Positions 1 through 10,396 of a DNA stretch of 64,000 nucleotides are shown here, piece by piece. The stretch is from Isurus oxyrinchus. Taxonomy: Eukaryota. Made by a program: the position numbers and the translations under genes. The stretch is taken from NCBI GenBank assembly GCA_026770705.1, contig JANJGN010000052.1, positions 2,046,001 to 2,110,000 of the forward strand. The letters are read 5' to 3'. The notes below the pieces were generated by a model. The model saw only the letters and a program-made list of their open reading frames with translations, was not told where the DNA came from and searched no databases. Position 1 is the stretch's first letter; each line of letters opens with the position of its first letter.

Positions 1-298
1 ATCGAGCAGAAGAGTGTGATAGAGAGAGATTGTGAGTGTTAGAGAGAGAATGTGTGTGTGTGTGAGAGAGAGATAGAGCAGAAGAGTGTGATAGAGAGAG
101 ATTGTGAGTGTTAGAGAGACAATGTGTGTGTGAGAGAGAGAGAGAGATAGAGCAGAAGAGTGTGATAGAGAGAGATTGTGAGTGTTAGAGAGAGAATGTG
201 TGTGTGAGAGAGAGAGAGATAGAGAGAGATTGTGAGTGTTTTAGAGAGAATGTGTGTGTGTGAGAGAGAGAGAGAGCAGAAGAGTGTGATAGAGAGAG
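1..298. repeat. Compound (GA)n/(GT)n tandem repeat with a ~65-bp higher-order unit
   Basis: Repeated gagcagaagagtgtgatagagagagattgtgagtgttagagagagaatgtgtgtg units. Confidence 0.9.
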
Positions 299-789
299 TT
301 CTAATCAAATCAAGGTTCGTTCTTTGTTTGTCTTTGGTGGGCTTCCCCAGGTGATTGATGTCTCGTTGTTGTTAATGGGCTCGCATGATGTTTATCATTG
401 TCTTCCTGCCCAGTAACTAGTTTTGAACTGAAAGCCATTGTATGTGTGGAGTATTGATGGGTTCGCATAATTAAATTGCCGGCCTCAGAAGTTAGGAGCG
501 ATTATTGATGCAAGATTTAGATGGGCTTCAGTTGCGTGTGAAGTGAAGTCTTTCTCTGGGTTGATTGTATTAAAGGGAAGAATGCGTATTCTGTCTCCTC
601 TCATTGTCTGGTTTCAGGCCAAACATTCCACACTGCTCTCAATAAGCCCGGACATGTGCAGCCCCAGGCCTTCATGGGCCCAGCCTCCTGTCTGCAGGGT
701 TTTCCACTTAACTCAGCAGTTTAAAGGTGCAAAAGTGATATCCTTGTTGATGATATGGAAAATGTGGGAATTTTGAGAACCCTTCAAGA

Positions 790-1150
790 GATAGGGAGGG
801 TTACAGGGGCTGGAGGAGGTTACAGGTATAGGGAGGGGTGTAGGGGTTGAAGGTGGTTACAGAGATGGGGAGGGTTGTGGGGGTTGAAGGTGGTTACAGA
901 TATAGGGAGGGGTGTAGGGGTTGAAGGTGGTTACAGAGTTGGGGAGGGTTGTGGGGGTTGAAGGTGGTTACAGAGATGGGGAGGGTTGTGGGGGTTGGAG
1001 GTGGTTACAGATATAGGGAGGGGTGTAGGGGTTGAAGGTGGTTACAGAGATGGGGAGGGTTGTAGAGGCAGGTGGAGGCTGCCTTAGGGAGGGTTGTAGG
1101 GGCTGGAGGAAAGGGACAGAGAGAGGAGGTTACAGATATAGGGAGGGAGA
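790..1150 (-). repeat. ~32-bp minisatellite (L2 3'-region derived)
   Basis: Tandem gggagggttgtaggggttgaaggtggttacagagat; reverse complement of the array at 3790-4690. Confidence 0.9.
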
Positions 1151-1294
1151 CAGTCAGAGAGAGAGCGACAGGGAGAGAGAGAGCGATAGAGAGATTGAGA
1201 GACAGACAGAGACTGAGAGAGGGAGAAGAGAGAAGGAGAGTGAGAGAGAGACGGAACAAGTGTGAAAGATGGTGGAAGGGAAGAGTGGGGAGGT

Positions 1295-1650
1295 GTTGGC
1301 CTGATGGTATTTTCACTGGACCAGTAATCCAGAGACCCAGTGTAATGCTCCTGGGACCCTGGTTAGAATCCCACCACAGCAGTTGGTGGAATTTGAATTC
1401 AATAAAAACCTGGAATTAAAAGTCCGATGATGACCAGGAAACCATTGCTGATTCTTGTATTTGGGTCACAAATGCCCTTTAGGGAGGGAAATCTGCTGTC
1501 CTTACCTGGTCTGGCCTACATGTGACTCCAGGCCCACAGCAATGTGGTTCACTTTTAAAAAGTGGCCTCTGAACAAGGGCAATTAGGGTTGGGCAATAAA
1601 TGCTGGCCTAGGCAGTGATGTCCACATCACATGAAAGAATGAAATAAAAG
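1295..1650 (+). mobile_element. SINE sharing its 3' tail with the CR1-clade LINE at 10.4-12.6 kb
   Basis: Similar copy at 48700-49010; tail ggcaattagggttgggcaataaatgctggcc...gaatgaaataaaa resembles 12528-12600. Confidence 0.65.
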
Positions 1651-2229
1651 GACAGAGAGGGACAGACAGAGTCGAGAGACACCCAGAATGAAAAAAACAC
1701 AGTAAACACTGGAAAATAAACATTCTGGTCTGATCTGGTCTTGTATACCTTCAAATGGAACACCAGTAAAACAGGGAAATAAGAGTACTGGGCCAAACTG
1801 TTAGAGAGGGTCACATTTAGAGAGAGAGAGAGAGAGAGAAAGAGGGAGACACTGAAAGAGATAAGGACAAGGAAAGAAAGAGTGAGAGAGAGAGACAGAC
1901 AGAGACACACAAAGAAGTAGAAAGAAAGTGATAGAGATGAAGCAGGAGAGAATGAGGAGAAAGATAGATAGATAGAGAGAGAGGATGGTAGAGAAAGAGA
2001 ACGAGAGGAAAAGAGACAAAGGCAGAATGTGATGGAACACTGAATCCTTGTCTATGCGTTTTGAAATCCAGCCCAGAACTATCATTGGAAGATTCAGCGA
2101 GTGTCCAGTACAGGGGACCCAGCCCAACCTTCTCATCCTGACCTTCCCAGTGGGGCTGAAGAGGGCAGAGAGGAAACCTTCCTCTGTTATTCTGTTGTCG
2201 AATAAACACAACAATTCTGGAACTCTGCC

Positions 2230-2850
2230 CTTTCTATCTCACGGATTAGAATATAAGGGGGCAGAGGTCATGCTTCAGTCTACATAAAGCCCTGGCTAGA
2301 CCACACCTGGAGTCACTGTGAGACATTCTGGGCCCCACACCTTAGGAAGGATATATTGACCTCGGAGGGAGAGCAGTGTCAGTTTACCAGAATGAGACCG
2401 GGACTCCAAGGGTTAAATCACAAGGAGAGATTAAACACAAACTCGGCTTGTATTCCCTGGAAGTTAGAATGTTAAGCAGGAGATTTGATGAAAGTTTGCA
2501 TGATAATAAGGGGAACAGATCGGGGGCGATAAAGAGAAACCATTTCCCCTGGTTGGGGGGAGTCTGGGACTCGGGGTCAGAGCCTAAAAAGGAGAGGCTG
2601 ACCTTTCAGGAGTGAAATTAGGAAGTACAAAGTGTGGGAGAAATTTGGGACGGTCTTCCCCAAACTGAAACTGATGCACGATCAAGTTGTTCATTTTAAA
2701 CCTGTGAGACTGATAGATTTTTGTTATCCAAAGGTATTAAAGGAGATGGGACAAAGCCATATGGGGCTAGTTTGCAGATCAGCCATGATCTCATTGAATG
2801 GTGGAGCAGGCTCGAGGGGCCAAATGGCCTCCTCCTACCCTCATGTAATA
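2230..2850 (+). mobile_element. CR1 LINE 3' fragment, degenerate
   Basis: GLEYKGAEVMLQ / KALARPHLE / FWAPHLRKDI remnants and the 3' end caggctcgaggggccaaatggcctcctcct. Confidence 0.85.
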
Positions 2851-3219
2851 GAAACTTACCTGTCAGAAGCCAGTTTATGTTGATGTGAGTCTGAGTCGAT
2901 GACTGAACCCAGTTCGTGACTTGTTCCATACAAAGCAAGAACGTTCATGCCCTTCAATGTTCCTGGATAAACCATGAACAAAGCTGGTGACAGACAGTCT
3001 CCACATGGTAAACACTGACCAATCAACACATGACATGGCTGTTAACCCTTAAACCTCAGCGTAAATCAGTTCCCCCTCGAGGCCCCTTGTCCAAAATAAA
3101 AGCAACGCACACAATTTGTAAAATATTAAGTGTAGCAATGAGAGGAGTAAGGGGTTAGGGGGCATGCGGTTCACCTGATTTGCCGACATAAGAACCAGCC
3201 CCTCTGTTTTTGCTATGTT

Positions 3220-3435
3220 GTGTTGCGTCAATATGAACACATATTTGCACAAGGTGAAGGGCGTTGCGGAGGGACTGATAGTTCTCGGCGCCAGACAGTC
3301 AATGTCCCAGTGACCTTACTGCTGGTCCCAGGCCAGTGGGACAGGGAACATCGACACTGCAATATCCAGAAATGGGTGTGATACCACACAGCAACCCGCC
3401 CCCGGCTGTCCCCTTCAAGTGTTTCAGGTATAAGA
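3220..3435 (+). promoter_or_regulatory. Hepcidin proximal promoter
   Basis: TTGCACAA C/EBP site 3245-3252; GGCGCC BMP-RE 3287-3292 followed by AGAC Smad box 3293-3296; GC box 3395-3402; TATAA 3429-3433, about 70 nt before the ATG. Confidence 0.75.
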
Positions 3436-3500
3436 GCAGGAAGCTCCTCTAGTTACAAAGCATCAAAGCAGAGCCAGAAGATCAGAAGAGACAGGCAGAG

Positions 3501-3593
3501 ATGGGAAGCTCCCAGATGAAATGGCGACTTGTCTTGTTCACTCTGACTTTGCTGCTCTCCCTGCAGCTGAGTCACTTCTTCTCCTTGTCGAGG
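3501..3593 (+). CDS. HAMP: Hepcidin exon 1 (signal peptide) MGSSQMKWRLVLFTLTLLLSLQLSHFFSLSR
   Basis: ATG downstream of TATA; hydrophobic signal; donor AGG|gtaagc; phase 0. Confidence 0.88.
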
Positions 3594-3789
3594 GTAAGCT
3601 AAGAGATGTCCCTCTGGGTGAGATGTTTCTTGCACATGACTCTACGTCTACCACCCAGATAGACTGGTCACTTCCGCAGTTTGATATTATTATGTTCGTG
3701 CCTTTAATATTGTCGCCCTCTATGAATTTAACATCATTTCCTTCTGTCGTTTCCCCTGAAATTCTCATTCTTGTTTTCAATCCCTCCTC

Positions 3790-4690
3790 AGCGACTCCCT
3801 ATCTCTGTAACCTCCTCCAGCCCGTACAACCCTCCCTATCTCTGTAAACTCCTCCAGCCCCTACACCCCTCCCTATCTCTGTAACCTCCACCAGGCCTTA
3901 CAACCCTCCCTATCTCTGTAACCGCCTCCAGCCCCTACACCACTCCCTATCTCTGTAACCTCCTCCAGCCGCTACAACCCTCCCTATCTCTGTAACCTCC
4001 TCCAGCCCCTACAACCCTCCCTATCTCTGTAACCTCCTCCAGACCCTACAACCCTCCCTATATCTGTAACCTCCTCCAGCCCCTACAACAATCCCTATCT
4101 CTGTAACTTCCTCCAGCCCCTACAACTGTCCCTATCTCTGTTACCTCCTCCAGCCCCTACAACACTCCCTATCTCCGTAACCTCCTCCAGCCCCTACAAC
4201 CCTACCTATCTCTGTAACCTCCCCCAGGCCCCACAACCCTCATGATCACTGTAACCTCCTCTAGACCCTACAACACTCCCTATCTCTGTAACCTGCTCCA
4301 GACCCTACAACCCTCCCTATCTCTGTAACCTCCTCCAGACCCTACAACCCTCCCTATCTCTGTAACCTCCTCCAGGCCCCATGACCCTCAGAATCACTGT
4401 AACCTCCTCCAGCCCCTACAATGCTCATGAACTCTATAACGTCCTCTCCACACTATAACTCTCCCTATCTCTGTAACCTACTGTGGCCCCTACAACAGTA
4501 TCTATTTTGGTAACCTCCTCCAGCCTCTACAACCCTCCCTACCTCTGTAACCTCCTCCAGCCCCCACAACCCCCCCATCTCTTTAACCTCCTACAGCCCC
4601 TACTCACCTCCCTATCTCTGTAACCTCCTACAGCCTCTAGAACCCTCCCTATCTCTGTAACCTCCTCCAGCCGGAACAACCCTACCTAAA
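3790..4690 (+). repeat. ~32-bp minisatellite in hepcidin intron 1
   Basis: Tandem ctatctctgtaacctcctccagcccctacaaccctcc; the same unit occurs in the L2 3' region at 56500-56790. Confidence 0.95.
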
Positions 4691-4744
4691 TCTCTGGTCT
4701 GAGTCTCACTCCAGGGAATTCAGTCCCATAACGTCGGTCAACAC

Positions 4745-5340
4745 TCCGTGCTGAGGGAGTGCTGCACTGTCAGAGGGTCAGTAGTGTGGAAGTGTTGCAC
4801 TATTGGAGGGACAGTACTGAGTGAGTGCTATACTGTCGGAGGTCAGTACTGAGGAAGTGCTGCATTGTTACAGGGTCAGTACTGTGGAAGTGTTGCACTG
4901 TCGGAGGGTCAGTACTGAGGGAGCGCTGCACTGACGGAGGGACAATACTGTGGGAGTGCAGCACTATCGAAGGGTTAGTACTGAGGGAGTGCTGCAGTGT
5001 CAAAGGGTTAGTACTGAGGGAGCACAACAATGTTGAATGAGACATTAAACTGAGTCCCCCGTCTGCCCTCTCGGGCGGGTGTGAAAGATCCCACAGCCAC
5101 TATTTGGAGGAAGAGCAGGGGGTGTTCTCCCCGGTGTCCTGGGACCAATATTTATCCCTCACCCAACATCACCAAAAACAGATGATCTAGGCCATGATCA
5201 CATTGCTATTTGTGGGATCTTGCTGTGCACAAATCAGCTGCCACATTTCCTACAGTGTGAGTGCACTTCAAAAACATCCTTCAGTGGCTGTGAAATGCTT
5301 TGGGATGTGGTGAAAGGCGTTAGAGAAATGCAAGTCTGTC
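4745..5340 (+). mobile_element. SINE with expanded 33-bp units at its 5' side
   Basis: gtactgagggagtgctgcactgtcggagggtca units followed by the SINE body ending tgaaaggcgttagagaaatgcaagtc; paralog at 7045-7725. Confidence 0.75.
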
Positions 5341-5436
5341 CTCCTCCCCCTCTCTCTCCTGTACCTCTCTCTCTCTCTCTCCCTCTCCCTCAATCCTCCT
5401 CTCACTTTCTCCCTGATAAATTCTTTCTTTTTGCAG

Positions 5437-5493
5437 GTTGACACTGCTTTCGGTTCTTCGACGATTGAGAAATCTGTGGATTCCCCGGACACG
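5437..5493 (+). CDS. HAMP: Hepcidin exon 2 (pro-region) VDTAFGSSTIEKSVDSPDT
   Basis: Strong acceptor ttctttctttttgcag and donor ACG|gtaggt; 57 nt, phase 0-0, in frame with exons 1 and 3. Confidence 0.85.
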
Positions 5494-6189
5494 GTAGGTG
5501 GAAATTCATTCCTTATTTTAAGGTTTCTCCCTGCTCGTTTCTTCCACAGAAAGTTTCCTGATTTCAAGCTGATTTCAGTGGCAGTCTGTCTCGGTTATAC
5601 TCAGGAGGCATGTTTGAAATCGAGCCCCCCCGCCACCCCTTTTTTTGCAAAGCTGGGAAGAGGCAATTCCAAGGAAGTGAACATATCCCCACAGGAATTT
5701 TAAATGTAACCCACGCCGGGAATAGTGAGAGGGAGACTGATCCAGCCTGGGAGTGGGTTAAAGAGAGGCTGGGAATCGAGAGTCGGAGAGAGGGATGGAA
5801 TGGGGGAGGGAGGGATTGGAAGAGAGAGACAGAGAGTGGGACGGGGAGGGGTGAAAGGGAAAGAACATAGGTGGGAGAGAGTGACAGAGGGAGAAATTAA
5901 AGAAGAGATGCAGAGTGAGGGAAAGTGAAAAGGGAAGAGAGATTGTCCAAGAGAGAGAAATTAACAGGGAAGGGAGAGTTACAGAGTGAGCGAAAGGTAC
6001 AAAAATAGTGTGAGAGAGAGGGAGAGATACAGAGTGGGAGAAGGAGACAGGGGAGAGAGAGGGAGAGAGACAGGAAAAGGGAGAGAGGAGAGAAAGATTG
6101 GGAGAGAGGGCAATTGAGAGGAAGAGTAGGAGAGAGAGAGACAGGGAGAGGAGGAGTGGATGAGAGGAAGAGAGAGAGATATGGAGCAG

Positions 6190-6342
6190 GAGAACACCTC
6201 CTCCGGTCCCGATGTTCCTCCAAAATCTCTGACATTACTGCATCTCCCGGGTCCCCCTGATTCCCATCGCTCCACCATTGGTGGCCGTGCCTTCAGCTGC
6301 CTGGGGCCCTGAGCTCCAGAATACCCTCCCTTAACCTCTCTG

Positions 6343-6378
<36 letters not shown>

Positions 6379-6545
6379 TTAAGACGCTCTTTAAAAACTG
6401 ACATCTTTGACCAAGCTTTTGGTCACCTATCCCTAATATCTCCATATGTGACTCAGTGTTAGACTTCTCTCTGATTTACGCTCCGGTAATGTGGGCTGGG
6501 ACATTTTGCAATGTCCGAGGCGCTGTGTAAATGCAAGTTGTGAGT
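6190..6545 (+). mobile_element. L2 LINE 3' end fragment
   Basis: ggccgtgccttcagctgcctgggg and the tail resemble the end of the L2 copy at 56840-57100. Confidence 0.65.
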
Positions 6546-7044
6546 GTTATGTGGAAGGGAGTCCCCAGGCGGCAGTCAGTGCCAGAGACTGGAGTCATTG
6601 TGTGCAGACCATATCTAATCTCTCCGAATGCACAATCGGTTTGACTGTCAGCCAAAGCACTTTTGATATTTGATCCTTCTAACTGTTTATAACCAGGCCT
6701 ACATCAAACACCGAGAGGTTGGTTAATCAACAGACACCTTAGAGGATCGAGTGAAAGACAAAGAGGACTTGCATTTCTCTAGCGCATTCCAACACATCAG
6801 GACGTCCCAAAGTGTTTCGCAGACAATCAAGTGCTTTTTTTCTTTCATGTGAGGTCACTGATGTACTGTGGGAAAAGAATCAGCCATTGGCGCACAGTAA
6901 GATCCCACAGACAGCAGCATGATAATGACCAGCGCGCTCCCAGTACTTGCACTGCAAGTGTCAGTTCAGGATGTGTGCTCGATTCTCTGCAACTCTCAGC
7001 TCTGAGTTAAAAGGACCACCAGGCATAATTGAGAAATTACCGAG

Positions 7045-7725
7045 CTGTCGGAGGGTCAGTACCGGCGGGGGGGCAGGACAGTCGGAGGGTCAGTACTGAG
7101 GGGGTGCTGCATTGTCAGACGGTCAGTCTTGGAGTGCTGCACTGTCAGAGGGTCAGTACCGGCGGGGGACTGCACAGTCGGAGGGTCAGTACTGAGGGGG
7201 TGCTGCATTGTGAGACGGCCAGTACTGAGGGAGTGCTGCACTGTTGGAGGGTCAGTACTGAGGGGGTGCTGCATTGTCAGACGGTCAGTACTGAGGGAGT
7301 GCTGCACAGTCGGAGGGTCAGTACTGAGGGGGTGCTGCACTGTTGAAGGCGCTGTCTTTCAGATGAGATGTTAAACTGAGACAACATCTGCCCTCTCAGA
7401 TGGATGTAGAGGATTCCATGGCCACAATTTAGATGAAGTGCGTCAGGAGTTGGGGGTATGTGTGGAGGGGGTGGTGGGGGGTGGATGGGGTGGAGTTATG
7501 TCCGCTTTCCTGGGGCAAACATTTATCCCTCAACTGACATTGGTAAAAAACTGAAAATCGGGGCCATTATCACATTTCTGTTTGTGGGATCTTGCTGTGC
7601 GTGAATTGCCTGCTGCGTTTCCTACATTACAGCGGTGAGCTCACTTCAGAAAAAGTCCTTCCTTCAGCTGTGGAACACTTTGGGCCATCCTGAGGAGGGG
7701 AAAGGCGCTATAGAAATGCGCCATC
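7045..7725 (+). mobile_element. SINE with 33-bp unit expansion
   Basis: Same organisation as 4745-5340. Confidence 0.75.
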
Positions 7726-7808
7726 CTCCTTCCAATGACGCGCCTGATTGAAATGATGCCTTCTTTCTTTCCGGAATGTTCTCACCTATTGTCCTCCTGC
7801 TTTTCCAG

Positions 7809-7925
7809 GGCTCCTTGCTGCAGCGCCAGAACAGAATGAGCAGACAGCAGCTCTGCAGATTCTGCTGTAACTGCTGTAATTGGAGAGAACCAAATGAGAC
7901 TTGTGGTATCTGCTGCATATTTTAG
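7809..7925 (+). CDS. HAMP: Hepcidin exon 3 GSLLQRQNRMSRQQLCRFCCNCCNWREPNETCGICCIF*
   Basis: Acceptor ctgcttttccag; hepcidin cysteine pattern C-x2-CC-x-CC-xn-CG-x-CC-x-F-stop preceded by RxxR sites. Confidence 0.93.
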   Translation, partial: GSLLQRQNRMSRQQLCRFCCNCCNWREPNETCGICCIF

Positions 7926-8224
7926 ACCCTGGCCTCATTCACGCAAGGTCATCCTGCACCATGCCACAGCCTCTCCCCTCCTTATCTACTGCTTAGCAAT
8001 CTATTTCACACAGGCCCTGTTCATTAATTCCAACTGAAACTTTACCTGCGTTTTACAGCAGGGAAAGAAGCCATTCGGCCCATCTGCTCCCGGCTGGTGT
8101 TTCTGCTCCACACGAGTCTCCGCCCACCCCTTCTCCATCTCACCCCATCACCATATCCTTCTATTCATTTCTCCCTCGTGTGTTTATCCAGCTTCCCCTT
8201 AAATACATCGACACTATTCACCTC

Positions 8225-8251
8225 ACGTGACTGTGTTTGTGTCTGTCTTTA

Positions 8252-8282
<31 letters not shown>

Positions 8283-8560
8283 CTGTCAATATGTGTGTGT
8301 CAATGTGAATGAGTGAGTGTGTCAGTGTGTCTGTGTGGGTGTGTGTGACTGTCAGTGTGTGTCAATGTGAATGAGTGAGTGTGTCAGTGTGTCTGTGTGG
8401 GTGTGTGTGACTGTCAGTGTGTGTCAATGTGAATGAGTGAGTGTGTCAGTGTGTCTGTGTGGGTGTGTGTGACTGTGTCAGTGTGTGTCAATGTGAATGA
8501 GTGAGTGTGTCAGTGTGTCTGTGTGGGTGTGGGTGTGTGAGTGTGCAAGTGAATGTGTGA
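8225..8560. repeat. (GT)-rich compound repeat
   Basis: Repeated gtgtgtcaatgtgaatgagtgagtgtgtcagtgtgtctgtgtgg. Confidence 0.9.
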
Positions 8561-10396
8561 GGAATCTTATGACTAAGTCATTTGAATGGATGTTACTGGG
8601 GTTAATGATAGTTAAAATTCAGAGAGATGTAAAGCGGGCTCCTGATTTTGCTGCTTTATGCTCCCGGGCACAGATTCACCCCGACAATGTGTTCATGATT
8701 CACCATTATCTTGTCGGGACTTTAATTGTAAAGATGATGATTTGTAAAAAAAAATGAATAAACAACTTTTGTCTTCGCAAAGTGTCTGGCTTGGTATTTC
8801 AGGCTACTTGTCTCCCCCTCACCCTCCCCCCCCACCATGCCCCCCACACCAGGGAACAATTGTCCCCCCTTCCTCTGAAGCTCTGGGTAAAGATCAGCTT
8901 TGTTCAATGCAAGCTGTTCCGACATCGAGAACGTTGTTACAAATATCTCACAAAGGGCACACGCCATGATAGCCCACTTTCAACAGATTTTACCAGTTGA
9001 CCAGGTTGAAAACCTTTTCATAAACCACAACGTAGGTGTTCAATTCTTGCTGCTGTTTGCTTAATGTTCTCATAACTGCTATAACCTCTCTAGTTCCACT
9101 ACATAACAACACCAACATAAATAAACAGAAGCAGGAGTAGGCCTTTTGGCCCCCCCAAGCCATCTTGTCCATTCAATTTGAACCTGGCTCCTGCTGAAAG
9201 TTATTTAAGTTGAAGCGATAAAGCCATCAGGTGCAGGGATTAAAATGTAAGCAAAGGAAAAATAATACTTAGAGATGAGAGTTAAAATCAGTTTCTGTCA
9301 AGTATCATAGTGAGGCCCATTGCTCTGGATTCCTTCTTTCCAGAGTGAAGGGTTTGAAACTAGGAGTCACATTCAGCAGCTGCATTGTCTTCTCTAGTCG
9401 ACTGTTTGGAGGTTGCCTGTAGATGTGAATCAGCAGGTCAGCAGCTTTGAGGAGTGAGTGAAGGTCCCTTTTATTTACAGGATCTGCCACAGGATGTGCA
9501 GGAATATTCCTGCTGAATCCCCCATCCTTGTATTCATGAAGGTTTTGAAACTGGAAGTCATATTCAGCAGCTGCAATGGCCTTTGTAGTCAACTGTCTGG
9601 AGGTTGCCTGTACAGGTGGACTCGGCATGTCAACAGCTTTGTTGGGCGGGGGACACGGGTAGTGAAGGTCCCTTTTCTTTAAAGGCTCTGCCAGTGCAAA
9701 ATTGATGATCCTGGGTCAAAATCATGTAACTCCCTCCCCAAAAGCACTGTGGGTGTGCCCTATGGATGTTCCTTGGCTTCGACAAGCAGCCTACCAGCTC
9801 TACTCTCAATTCCTCTTCGCACTTGCTTCCTTCCTCCTCTGGTCTTTACTTTGTTATAGTGTTAGTGTCCGCTCTGCCTTTTTTGTTGCTTTCCCAATTC
9901 TTCCCACCAACTCTCTCTGGCTTGATCCTGCTCTGTGCTCATCTCATTGGTTTGAGTTTCTATCCGTTCATTGACCTGGTGTAATCTGAAACTGGTGCAA
10001 TCAGGTAGGGGTGGGGGGGTTGGCGCTGGCCGTGGGTGGTGATACACGGCTACCTTTTTACCAAAATTCTTTCACGGGATGTGGACAACGTTTGTTACCT
10101 GTTTCTGACTGAGCCCTTGAGAAGGGGGTGCTGAGCTGCCTTTTCGAAGTGCTGCAGTTCGCCTGGTTTGACTGGTCTGTGGCGGGTTTTGATATCTCAG
10201 TAGCTTGCTCGGCCATTTCAGGGGCCAGTTAAGAGTCAACCACATTGCTGTGGGTCAGGAGTCACACGTAGGCCAGAATGGGTAAGGACGGCAGGTTTCC
10301 TTCCCCAAAGGGCATTAGTGACCCAGATGGGTTTTTGCAACAATTGGCCTTAGTTTCATGGTCACCATTACTGAGACTAGCTTCGCATTCCAGATG

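Noticed and set aside
8580-9690. Short ORFs with an internal duplication downstream of hepcidin
   Set aside because: No recognisable domain or splice structure; possibly an old transposon remnant, but unassignable by eye
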